Below are positions 20,127 through 28,868 of a stretch of 64,000 nt of DNA, one piece after another. Source of the DNA: Nitrosopumilus sp. (GTDB lineage Archaea; Thermoproteota; Nitrososphaeria; Nitrososphaerales; Nitrosopumilaceae). Both the position numbers and the translations under genes were made by a program. The notes under the pieces are model-generated. The model ran no database searches. It had not been told where the DNA came from and saw only the letters and a program-made list of their open reading frames with translations. The stretch is from contig OZ250186.1 in the NCBI GenBank assembly GCA_965238275.1, forward strand, positions 480,001 to 544,000, written 5' to 3'. Position 1 is the first letter of the stretch, and every line of letters starts with the position of its first letter.

Positions 20127-20861
20127 ATGGGTAAGAGACCGCTAGTACGAAGACGGGGCCGGGGAGGCAACCAGTTCCGATCCACGTCCACTGGAAAGGT
20201 GGATGCCAAGGCAATCTATCCGCGCTTTGCACTCTCAGAGCAGCACGCAGGAGAGGTAATCGATCTGGTTCATGAGCGCGGCCGGGAGGCACCGCTGGCC
20301 AAGATCAGGTTCGAGGACGGGTCAGTCTCGTTTGTCCCTGCGGTGCTTGGAACCAGGGTCGGAGACATTTTGCAGTTCGGGCTAAAGTCAGGCATCGAGA
20401 AGGGAAACGTCATCAGCGTCCAGAACATTCCTGACGGAACCATAGTGTGTAACGTTGAAAAGCACTACGGCGACGGGGGTGCCATAGTAAAGTCGGCAGG
20501 CACCGATGCCACCATCTTCTCTCACGGAGAGGAGGGAGTCACAGTAAAGCTGCCATCTGGTAGGTTCACAACGCTCAACCCAAAGAACAGGGCCATGATA
20601 GGCACGCTTGCGGGCGGAGGAGCCGGTGAAAGGCCGTTCATGAGTGCGGGCGGAAAGTGGCGCAGCTTCAAGGCAAAGGGCAAGAAATACCCGATCGTAC
20701 GCGGCGTGGCCCAGGCAGCATACGTGCATCCGCACGGAGGAGGACGCCATCAGCATGTAGGGCAGAGCTCCACCGTATCAAGGAACGCACCGCCGGGCGC
20801 AAAGGTCGGCAGCATCGCAGCCCGCAAGACCGGCAGGGCCCGAATCAAGGACAGAAGATAG
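20127..20861 (+). CDS. rpl2: 50S ribosomal protein L2
   Basis: MGKRPLVRRRGRG, VRGVAQ...HPHGGG, PPGAKVG. Confidence 0.97.
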   Translation: MGKRPLVRRRGRGGNQFRSTSTGKVDAKAIYPRFALSEQHAGEVIDLVHERGREAPLAKIRFEDGSVSFVPAVLGTRVGDILQFGLKSGIEKGNVISVQNIPDGTIVCNVEKHYGDGGAIVKSAGTDATIFSHGEEGVTVKLPSGRFTTLNPKNRAMIGTLAGGGAGERPFMSAGGKWRSFKAKGKKYPIVRGVAQAAYVHPHGGGRHQHVGQSSTVSRNAPPGAKVGSIAARKTGRARIKDRR

Positions 20862-20911
20862 TAGTAGTTCTTCTGACCTAAAATTGATTAATAGTTTGCA
20901 TATCCACTATA

Positions 20912-21193
20912 TTGATGCCCCACCAGAGAATCCGAATCATCATTACCGGGAAGGTCCAGGGAGTGTTCTTCCGCCAGACCCTCAAGGCGATTGCAAGAAA
21001 GAATGGCGTCACAGGCTGGGTCAGAAACCGCAAGGATGGCAGGGTGGAGGCGGTCCTGGAAGGGGACATGTCCGGCGTCGGACGGCTTGTCGAATGGGCG
21101 CACGGCGGGCCTGCCAACGCAAGGGTCGAGGACGTGGAGATTAGAAACGAGGAGTATGCCGGCAAGTTTGCAGAGTTTGACGTGCGGTACTAA
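20912..21193 (+). CDS. acyP: Acylphosphatase
   Basis: GKVQGVFFR, GWVRNRKDGRVE. Confidence 0.95.
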   Translation: MMPHQRIRIIITGKVQGVFFRQTLKAIARKNGVTGWVRNRKDGRVEAVLEGDMSGVGRLVEWAHGGPANARVEDVEIRNEEYAGKFAEFDVRY

Positions 21194-21216
21194 AGCAGCG
21201 AGAAAAAGTCCGTGCA

Positions 21217-22605
21217 CTAAGTAGCACCAGACGATTCTCTTTCTGGCGTTCTATCAGACCTTCCTGTGTTGGTGTCATCATCGTTGCCGGGTCCAAGCCA
21301 GCCCACAGGTTGATCTTTATCAGCCTGCACGTGATCCTCACGCCTTATGACGACCTCGTTGTCCGCAATGACAACTCCCAAATTTGAGGCTTGGCCGCCA
21401 GTCCACAATTGTGGACGTCCTTTTAGTCTTATTGTCTCACCAGCTTCCGTGTCTGCGTGGTGGTACCAACCACAAAACACACAGATGAAATCTGATTTGT
21501 TTCTTGATTCTTTGTCAACCATTCCGCATCTAGAGCATGTTTGACTCGTATATGCGGGAGGAACCGACAGGTACAACCCACCTTTCTTTTTCATCTCCCA
21601 CTCTGCATGTCTTCCCATGGAACCCAGACTTGCATAACCAAGCTCACGATTCAGTCCTTGTTTTTGGGACGTCGGGTCTTTCTTTTTCATGTTCTTTAGT
21701 TCCAAACCTTCAACGAACATTATTGCAATTCCTTCTGTTATTCTCCTTGCAACCGCCCGTTGGGCATCCAATTGTTTGTTTTGTATCCTTTGCAATGCGC
21801 GTCGAATGTCCCTGCCGATCCTTTTCCAAGATCTGGAACCGACACGGTGTTTTGACTGTTCTGCCTTCATCCTGTCAATTTTATCGTTTTTGGAGCGCCT
21901 ACAACTGTCAGGAATGTTGTGTAATCGCTGGTTTCCGTGACTGTCAGAGACTGCCACCAGACATTTTATTCCTCGATCCATGCCTGCGTATTTGCCTTCG
22001 AGTGGCGGTTTGTCTGGAATTTCCACCTGAACGTGCAGTTTGAACTTTCGATCATAAGACGTGGTGCGTTTAGTGATTTTGTTCGTATCGTCCACCAATT
22101 GGAAAGACTTGATAATTCCATCAGGCATTGAAGAACAAACGCGCACCGTGCCAAAACCAGGCAGTCTTAACGTTCCATTGTCATTTAATTTTGGCGTTTC
22201 TCTAGTTACAACTGTATGTAACCTTCCATCCTGCCTTAGTTTTCTGTACAAACTGGTGGGTTCGGTCCACTTGTTGCGTACGTATTTTTTACGTTTGCCT
22301 GTTCTTACTTGGTGCTTGTGTTTCTTGCGCCTGTCATGTTTTTCTTCGTTTGACGCCCTGAACAATGTAACTGCGGTGTGTGCTTGTTTGGATGCCATTT
22401 CATGCATGTTAAAATGATGCGTTAAATGAAATATTTTTCTCCAATCTTTTATCAAATAAATCAAGTCATATTGTGATGCATCTGGCTGTGCCAGTTTTAC
22501 TTTCATTGCTTCATTGTAAATTACATCTGATTCCCTTGCAGCGTTGCACATTGCATTCGCAACCTCCTTGGAATGTTTTATTATGATTTTTCTTGTAATG
22601 AGCAT
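21217..22605 (-). CDS. tnpB: TnpB RNA-guided endonuclease (IS200/IS605/IS607 family), no tnpA nearby
   Basis: RuvC-I GMDRG, RuvC-II VEGL, YTSQTCSRCG..CVFCG Zn finger, RuvC-III HAD. Confidence 0.9.
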   Translation of the reverse strand: MLITRKIIIKHSKEVANAMCNAARESDVIYNEAMKVKLAQPDASQYDLIYLIKDWRKIFHLTHHFNMHEMASKQAHTAVTLFRASNEEKHDRRKKHKHQVRTGKRKKYVRNKWTEPTSLYRKLRQDGRLHTVVTRETPKLNDNGTLRLPGFGTVRVCSSMPDGIIKSFQLVDDTNKITKRTTSYDRKFKLHVQVEIPDKPPLEGKYAGMDRGIKCLVAVSDSHGNQRLHNIPDSCRRSKNDKIDRMKAEQSKHRVGSRSWKRIGRDIRRALQRIQNKQLDAQRAVARRITEGIAIMFVEGLELKNMKKKDPTSQKQGLNRELGYASLGSMGRHAEWEMKKKGGLYLSVPPAYTSQTCSRCGMVDKESRNKSDFICVFCGWYHHADTEAGETIRLKGRPQLWTGGQASNLGVVIADNEVVIRREDHVQADKDQPVGWLGPGNDDDTNTGRSDRTPERESSGAT

Positions 22606-22999
22606 CTTATTAATTAATAATCGCTTTCTTAAAAAGCTCGTCCTGCACAAACTCCCATGTGTTACGGGCATCCAAACCCGTTGATGTTGTGTGTTGGCAA
22701 TGCGTCTGGTTCAGTCCGGTTTAGGTTGGTCGGGCAGTTTTTTAAAGATTTGTGGATCAACTGGGTAATTCTAGGCATGTCCGTGTCCGAACCGGCAGGC
22801 GCTGCGTGCGTATCAAGAAGAATGGCGCATAACTGCTGCTAGGAATTCCCTCCCCGTATCCGGAGGGAATGGTAGGCCAAACTCCTACAGTCAATATTGT
22901 TTTCGACAAGCCGGGGGGACGGAAGGGGGCGTTGAGCCGCCCTCCGCTTGTGCAGGGGCGGCGAAACGCTCCCTGGGTGTCCAGTTTTCCCCAGGACGC

Positions 23000-24165
23000 C
23001 TAAACTCTGAATTCGGCGACGCATTTTATTTTCTGGAATTTTCGTCTGACAAGATCTCTGTCCTTAGATCCCGTATTTGGTGCTGTGATCAAGCATCTCC
23101 CAGACCCATTCGAGCATCTGCTTGGCCACGGCGACCCTTGCCTTCATGGGTCCTATGCGAGTTGCCAGTTTTTGGTAGCGTGCCCCTATCCGGGCATCGT
23201 GCTGGACGGCGGTAAATGCGGCCTCAACCATGGCGCGGCGCAGCCAGACGGAGCCGCGTTTTGTGATGCCACCCGTCCTGACTGTCTCCCGGCTGTTGTG
23301 GTGTTTTGGCGCCAGGCCGGCGTATGAGGTCATCTTTTCGGCGTCGGCGAACCTCTTGTGGTCGACTATTTCGGCAAGTATGGTTACTGCCGTGATGTAG
23401 TCTATTCCGGGTATGGTTATGATCAGCTGTGCCCTCCTGTCGCTCATTGCAACCCGGCTATCTTTTTTTCAAATTTTGCTACCTGCTTTAGTATGGTGTC
23501 GATGGTGGCCAGGTGCGACTGCACAGCCATGCGGTCAACCTCCCTCAGGGGCACGGCTTGCAGCAACTCGAGTCCCGATCCTGTAAACAGCCCTCCCTTG
23601 GGCTGCTCGTGCGGGTATTTGGCCAGGATCGCGTGGATGCGATTCTTGGGGGCGGTGACGTGCAGCTTCATGCCCAGGCGGGTACGGGTCAGTTCGCGCA
23701 GGTCCCGCGCCGGCTTGTCGGCCACAAACGATTCGGGGATCATGTCCAGCCTGCACAGGTCTGCCAGCTTTGCCGAGTCCGCCTTGTCGTTTTTGTAGAC
23801 GGTTTCGGTTATGATCTTCGTGTTGTGCGGGTGAGCCAGCAGGGTGTTGATGCCTGCATCCTCGAGCATGTCGTGCACGACTATCCAGTAGTTGGTCGTG
23901 GATTCGCAGACGGTCGTGGCCGGCACGTATCCTTCCTTGCGGATCATCTTGACGAACCCGGTTATTCCCCGGACATTGTTGTCAAATGCGGCCTGCCTTA
24001 GTATCTTGTTAGTTTTGCCCTTGATGGTTGAAACGCATAGTGCTGGACATATTGTTTCGCTCATTATCCAGCAAAATCAGGTATGAATTCAAAGGAAAAT
24101 GAGCGAAACATTCTGTCCTCTACTACGCATTTCTTTTTGTGAACGTCTATTCCAATGTAATACGT
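23000..24165 (-). pseudogene. IS110 DEDD transposase pseudogene
   Basis: Reconstructed YYIGIDVHKKKCVSTIK, CESTTNYW, KNDKADS, TIPGID, SYAGLAP..SRE, GSVWLR. ACG in place of a start codon after the SD-like GGAGGTGA, a MITE insertion, and frameshifts near 23450 and 23070. Confidence 0.9.
24038..24125. mobile_element. 88-bp MITE inserted in the IS110 transposase
   Basis: 28-bp imperfect TIRs (TAGTGCTGGACATATTGTTTCGCTCATT / TAGTAGAGGACAGAATGTTTCGCTCATT) and CGCA duplication; removing it restores GIDVHKKKCVSTIK. Confidence 0.88.
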
Positions 24166-24360
24166 GTTATCACCTCCTTTGCAGCATATCGGACCCGACC
24201 AGCGGAAAACTCCCATTCACCGTCAAGGCGGTATTTGACCATCCGCATACCTTGAGTCAGTCTTTTGCACGCCATCATAAGTGGCAAGTTCGTGTCGACT
24301 CTCAGACCCAACAGGGTAAATGCCATGATCACCGCTATAACGGCAACACATGGCGTCTTT
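24166..24360 (-). ncRNA. Candidate IS110 bridge RNA (left non-coding end)
   Basis: 5' hairpin GCCATG/CATGGC; stem GAGTC/GACTC with an 11x12-nt internal loop and inner GCCA/TGGC stem; further stem TCAAG/CTTGA; lies upstream of the transposase. Confidence 0.45.
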
Positions 24361-24370
24361 TGCGTGTCAG

Positions 24371-24706
24371 TTAGGTGATCTCTTCGTACGCCCTTTTGAG
24401 GATGTTGCCGCAGGATCCTGCAAGATCCTGAGTGTGCTTTACCCTGATCGTCTGCGCAGGCTCCTTTCTGCTCCTTTGAACCTTGATGAGCAGCCCGTCA
24501 GATTCCGGCTCCACGTCTGCAAACCATCTAAACGTCATGGTCTTGCCAAAGACCACCCTGTGCATCCGGACATCCTCCACCACGTTGGAGCCAAGCGACA
24601 TACAAAAGTTTCTTGCCGAGTCAAACAGGGACCTCACATTCTCCGGAACGTCCCGCGCAAAGTCGTCATAGCCCCTTCTGCCGCCCGGCGAGAACATCCC
24701 GTCCAT
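24371..24706 (-). CDS. Conserved hypothetical protein (DUF5655-like)
   Basis: 111-aa ORF, ..LGSNVVED..ILKRAYEE pattern. Confidence 0.55.
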   Translation of the reverse strand: MDGMFSPGGRRGYDDFARDVPENVRSLFDSARNFCMSLGSNVVEDVRMHRVVFGKTMTFRWFADVEPESDGLLIKVQRSRKEPAQTIRVKHTQDLAGSCGNILKRAYEEIT

Positions 24707-24749
24707 GGCATGGGATGATCAAACTCTGGTTATAAAGGTAGAAGTAGTA

Positions 24750-25069
24750 GTGGTAGTAGCCCTGCCGGTTCCACTCCATACCAACAACCCCATCTCAAGG
24801 CGTACAAGATCCGCCACGTAGACGGGGAAGCGTGGATGCTCCACCTTAGGATTGCTCCCTCCCGGACCTCATCCATTTCGGCGGTTCGGTCTTGGAAGTC
24901 ATCCCTTCGGATAATTCCAGTCCTGCAACCACCCGCCCCGGCGTGATTTCATATCCGCACGCCAAGCGGGAATTGCCAATCTGGAGATTTACCCGGCAGT
25001 TACTGATCTCTGCGTATAGCCGGTTTCAGAACGGGGCACGGCTGGCACCCCAATCCTCCCTACTACCAC
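24750..25069 (-). ncRNA. ffs: Archaeal SRP (7S) RNA
   Basis: Terminal helix GTGGTAGTAG/CTACTACCAC, helix-8 motif GAGGTCCGGGAGGGAGCA, ~320 nt. Confidence 0.88.
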
Positions 25070-25083
25070 GGTTTCTAAAAACA

Positions 25084-26031
25084 TCATGTTATATTTGCAT
25101 TAGGTTTGCTCCCCTTGAGCCCTGCAACGGTACTGCACACGGAGCACACCTTGCCGGTACACGAGTTGCCGCACCTCTGGCAGGTAGTCATCTGCTTGTG
25201 CCCGGCACCCCTCATGTTCCGGGAGACTCTCAGGACGGACCGGTACATGTTGTTTTTGATGCCGCTGTGCCCTGCCTCAAGCGAGTTGAGAAACTCCCTG
25301 ATCTCTGTGCGTATCCCCTCGTTCATGTGCGGGCAGGGCTCGGACTGGAACGGCAGGTTGTTTGTAAAGGCGTAAAAGACGATCTCGGACTCGTATATCT
25401 CGCAGAACGGCTTCACCCTTCGGGGAGGGGCAGCCTGCGCCTCGGGATCCATCCAGCCAATCCGTTCTGCATCCCCGGAGAGCATGTTTATGACAAAGGT
25501 CTGGAGGGTATCATCAAGATTGTGTCCCGTGGCAACCACGTCTGCCCCGATGTCCCTGGCGGCAGCATCAATTGCGCGCCTCCGCAGGGTGCCGCATATG
25601 GAGCACGAGGACGTCTTGGCATTCTCCCCCCGCAGCTCGAGTGCCTCCTCGAGGGTGATCTCAAAGAGGTCCTTGTACGAGTATACGGTGTGTTTCACCC
25701 CCAGTTTCTGGCAGAAATCCTCGACGATTCCGAGCGCCTCGTCCCTGTACCCCGGGATTCCCTCGTCTACTGTTACGGCCCTGATCCTAAAGTTGTGGGT
25801 CGACTCCATCTGGTGCATTATCTGCAGTAAGGCAAGGGAGTCCTTTCCGCCGGATACTGCCACTGCCACAAGGTCATCATTCTGAACCATGCCGTACCTT
25901 GAGATGGTCTTGGCAGTCTTTCGCACTATGGACTCTGAAAAGCACTGAGAGCAGTGGCTCTGCCCGGAATACTTTCGAGAGTATACTGCCTGCCTGTCAC
26001 ACCTGTCGCACTTCACAGGCTCGTATCGCAC
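25084..26031 (-). CDS. tRNA 2-thiolation PP-loop ATPase (TtuA/NcsA, TIGR00269)
   Basis: SGGKDS, CSICGTLRR, TGHNLDD, terminal Zn fingers. Confidence 0.9.
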   Translation of the reverse strand: MRYEPVKCDRCDRQAVYSRKYSGQSHCSQCFSESIVRKTAKTISRYGMVQNDDLVAVAVSGGKDSLALLQIMHQMESTHNFRIRAVTVDEGIPGYRDEALGIVEDFCQKLGVKHTVYSYKDLFEITLEEALELRGENAKTSSCSICGTLRRRAIDAAARDIGADVVATGHNLDDTLQTFVINMLSGDAERIGWMDPEAQAAPPRRVKPFCEIYESEIVFYAFTNNLPFQSEPCPHMNEGIRTEIREFLNSLEAGHSGIKNNMYRSVLRVSRNMRGAGHKQMTTCQRCGNSCTGKVCSVCSTVAGLKGSKPNANIT

Positions 26032-26240
26032 CCCTTCACTAATTATTCTTTAGGATGGATGGATGGATGGATCTCCTGCATCACCTGTCGGTGGCACAAA
26101 TTCAGGATCTTCTCCAGATTCATGCCTGTCTTACACACCATTTCCCCGTTAAATCATGATCTTCTGGTGAAACGTCTGCCCGCCGTGACAGGTAATCCCG
26201 GCAATTGCCATGACATGCGGTCCAAAAGAGGTACCAGGCA

Positions 26241-27455
26241 TTACGCCAAGTTGTTAACTTCAAACACCAGGTAGTCTTTTACTATTTTATCCCTAACCTT
26301 GTATCTCCTCTCTTCCTGAATGACCAGATCCGAATTTTTGAGGTTACTCATATGGTAGGGCAGACTAGTGTACTTGATCTTTGTTTTTTTGCCAATCTCA
26401 GTAACGGTCAGCCCGTTTGAGACTGCCAGGGTCCTCAGTATTGTTAGCAAAACAGGCCCCCCCGTCACATTTCCCAAGTCCTCTGACAGTACGTAATCCA
26501 CATAATTTTTGAGTGATCCCACCGTCTCTGTCAGTATTCTGGTGTACGTATCTTGTAGGTTTTCTTTTTGATTGTATGCCTCGGCTAGTGCCATCAGATA
26601 GAAAGGAATTCCTCCAACTATCCGATATGCCTCCCTTGCGGTTTTTTCATCTATTGTGATTCCTTTTGCACCCAGATACTTTGTAAACAGTTCGACGGAG
26701 TATTTTTCATCCATCCCGTAAACAGTTAATTTTTCAAAGTGCGCAAACAGTGGGGATCTTCCACCGTCGAGCATTCCCGTAGACATGTGGACTCTGGAAC
26801 CGCTGATTATGTATGATACGTGCTCTCCCCTTTCCTGTATTACCGCCCTGAACAGACTGGGGATGTCTTTTAGTCCGGTATAGCCTCTGAACTTTACCAA
26901 ATCCTGAAATTCATCCAGAATGACTACAAATTTCAGGTTGTTTTTTTCTGCCAAGACTTGCAAGGTTCCAAATACGGAATAAAAGAGGCCAGCATAGTCT
27001 GGCTTTTTGTCTGCCAAGTGCACTTTGGGAACTATCACCCCTTCTGGAGTTATGGATACGCTGATGTTGGAGATTTTCTTATCTCCTATTGCTCCCGTAA
27101 TTTTTGTAAACAGATCTCCTACGATCTTGATTGCGCTTGATTTTGCTCTTTTTCCTCTTGTGAGTTTTGTACGGTATGCATCAAAAATGGATTTTTGCAG
27201 TCGCTCAAAGAAGATCCTAGGCTCGGCCATGTTCTTTTGGACATCAAAATAGATTGGTATGATGCGTTTCTCTTTTGATAAATTGTCATGCAGTTTCATT
27301 AGAATTGATGATTTTCCAACCCTGCGATACCCCAATACGGCCATGTTGTAGTTGATGTCGCGCGTTGTCATCTTTGCCATCAGATCTTTTAGCTCCTTCT
27401 CCCTGTCTACAAGATCCCTTGGTGCTGCAGGACTGCCTATTTGAAATTTAGCCAT
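26241..27455 (-). CDS. Archaeal AAA-type ATPase with C-terminal winged helix
   Basis: VDREKEL, GYRRVGKSS Walker A, ILDEFQ Walker B, GGIPFYL; AT-rich. Confidence 0.88.
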   Translation of the reverse strand: MAKFQIGSPAAPRDLVDREKELKDLMAKMTTRDINYNMAVLGYRRVGKSSILMKLHDNLSKEKRIIPIYFDVQKNMAEPRIFFERLQKSIFDAYRTKLTRGKRAKSSAIKIVGDLFTKITGAIGDKKISNISVSITPEGVIVPKVHLADKKPDYAGLFYSVFGTLQVLAEKNNLKFVVILDEFQDLVKFRGYTGLKDIPSLFRAVIQERGEHVSYIISGSRVHMSTGMLDGGRSPLFAHFEKLTVYGMDEKYSVELFTKYLGAKGITIDEKTAREAYRIVGGIPFYLMALAEAYNQKENLQDTYTRILTETVGSLKNYVDYVLSEDLGNVTGGPVLLTILRTLAVSNGLTVTEIGKKTKIKYTSLPYHMSNLKNSDLVIQEERRYKVRDKIVKDYLVFEVNNLA

Positions 27456-27463
27456 GTATAATA

Positions 27464-27497
27464 ATATATGATTTCATATATATATGATTTCATATAT
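27464..27497. promoter_or_regulatory. Two overlapping palindromes ATATATGATTTCATATAT just upstream of the ATPase
   Basis: 18-bp dyad repeated with a 16-bp period. Confidence 0.5.
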
Positions 27498-27522
27498 TAA
27501 ACGGATCTGCACGGGAGGCGCA

Positions 27523-28719
27523 CTATATGGTGAACCAGCCGGACTTTACATAGGAGAGTGCGATGTTGAGTGCAAACAGCACAAACGTAAAGGCGTAGAT
27601 TCCCCACATGATGCCGTTTACCGTGCCCTCTGAGGCCCTCTTGTCGATTATCGTGTGGATGAACTTTCCCCCGTCCAGGATGGGAAGCGGAAGCATGTTG
27701 ATTATGCCGATAAAGAACGAGATCATCCACAGCCACAGCAGGAACAGCGAGACGTTGGGATCATTCCACTCTATAAAGTTCAGCACCGGCTTGTGGGCAA
27801 TGGAGTTGTCTCTCATGATGCCAATAAGGCCCCGGTCGGGGTTGTCGGGTGCCTGCATGATGTCGACGTCAAACTGCATCTCCTGGCCGTTCCTGATGAT
27901 GTCAACGCCTGCAACGTCCCCGGGGTTCAGGCCCGGAAAGTCAGCCGGGCTTGCAATCGGCCGCCCGTTTATCGACGTGATGATGTCGTTGGCGGCGAGT
28001 CCTGCGGATTCGGCGCCGGATCCCTCTATTATGGATAGGATCAGGACGCCGTCAGGGGACTCGTAAAACACGCCAAGGAACGGCTCGGGCACCACGATTG
28101 CAAATAGCGGGTTGGTCAGGAGGATGAGGCCTAGTGCCAGTGCAAATATGACGTTTGACGTGGCGCCTGCCCCGATTACCCGCATCTTTGAGATCTTTTT
28201 TGCCTTGTTGAATTCCTCCTCGTCAGGCTCCACAAACCCTGCAAACATTGCAATGAATATGGCAAAGCCGCCGGTCTTGATCTTTATCCTCTCAAGGGCG
28301 GCCACTATCCCGTGGGCCCCCTCGTGGATTACCAGGACGATGGGGATTGAGAGCAGAAAGTATGCAATTGCGGAGGCGGAGGTAAGGGTGACTCCGGGGA
28401 TTAAGACGGTCAGCTCGGCAAAGTCGTCTGGTGTCACAAAATAGTTGGCAACGTTGTTTAGCAGGAACCAGAAGGCAAATCCCATCATGAGAAACCCTGC
28501 AACCACGCTGACGTCTGCAAACACGCGGATTCCGCGCCGCGTCCGGCCCAAAAGCCTGATGAGGACGTCGTTGACCTGCCTGTTCTTGTATGTGAGGCTG
28601 TATACCTTTATGTCAAAGCCGTGCCTGTCAAGCTTGAGGCCCTTTGCCGCTATCAGTATGACCACCCATGCAATCAGCACGTAGATGATTGCGTTCTGGG
28701 TGATAAAATCAAGTTCCAA
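27523..28719 (-). CDS. Site-2 protease (M50) with PDZ domain
   Basis: HEGAH, NMLPLPILDGG, PDZ segment. Confidence 0.92.
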   Translation of the reverse strand: MELDFITQNAIIYVLIAWVVILIAAKGLKLDRHGFDIKVYSLTYKNRQVNDVLIRLLGRTRRGIRVFADVSVVAGFLMMGFAFWFLLNNVANYFVTPDDFAELTVLIPGVTLTSASAIAYFLLSIPIVLVIHEGAHGIVAALERIKIKTGGFAIFIAMFAGFVEPDEEEFNKAKKISKMRVIGAGATSNVIFALALGLILLTNPLFAIVVPEPFLGVFYESPDGVLILSIIEGSGAESAGLAANDIITSINGRPIASPADFPGLNPGDVAGVDIIRNGQEMQFDVDIMQAPDNPDRGLIGIMRDNSIAHKPVLNFIEWNDPNVSLFLLWLWMISFFIGIINMLPLPILDGGKFIHTIIDKRASEGTVNGIMWGIYAFTFVLFALNIALSYVKSGWFTI

Positions 28720-28868
28720 ACTGTTGCAGGCTTTTTACGGAACGGACATTTATCGGTTACTGCAAAAGTCGAGGATTTTGCAGTCGGGCACTGCAGGCAC
28801 GATTCAGGGACAAGCCGTTTTATTGCGAACCGTCAGAACAGACTTTTGTGTGCTGTGCGAGTTTGGGG

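Larger units (their letters stand above)
22803..24366 (-). mobile_element. Decayed IS110-family element (boundaries inferred)
   Basis: Transposase pseudogene plus non-coding ends; TGCGTG at 22803-22808 and 24361-24366 is the proposed junction. Confidence 0.55.

Noticed and set aside
21217-22605. Cas12f call for the RuvC protein
   Set aside because: No adjacent CRISPR array; features fit TnpB
24038-24125. IS630-type TA duplication for the MITE
   Set aside because: It would leave CVCVS; the CGCA duplication restores normal IS110 spacing after DVHK
24750-25069. RNase P RNA
   Set aside because: Lacks the GAGGAAAGTCC signature; has the SRP helix-8 motif and terminal helix
26052-26070. (GGAT)n microsatellite, and (TTG)n near 30086-30101
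   Set aside because: Short, intergenic, no evidence of function
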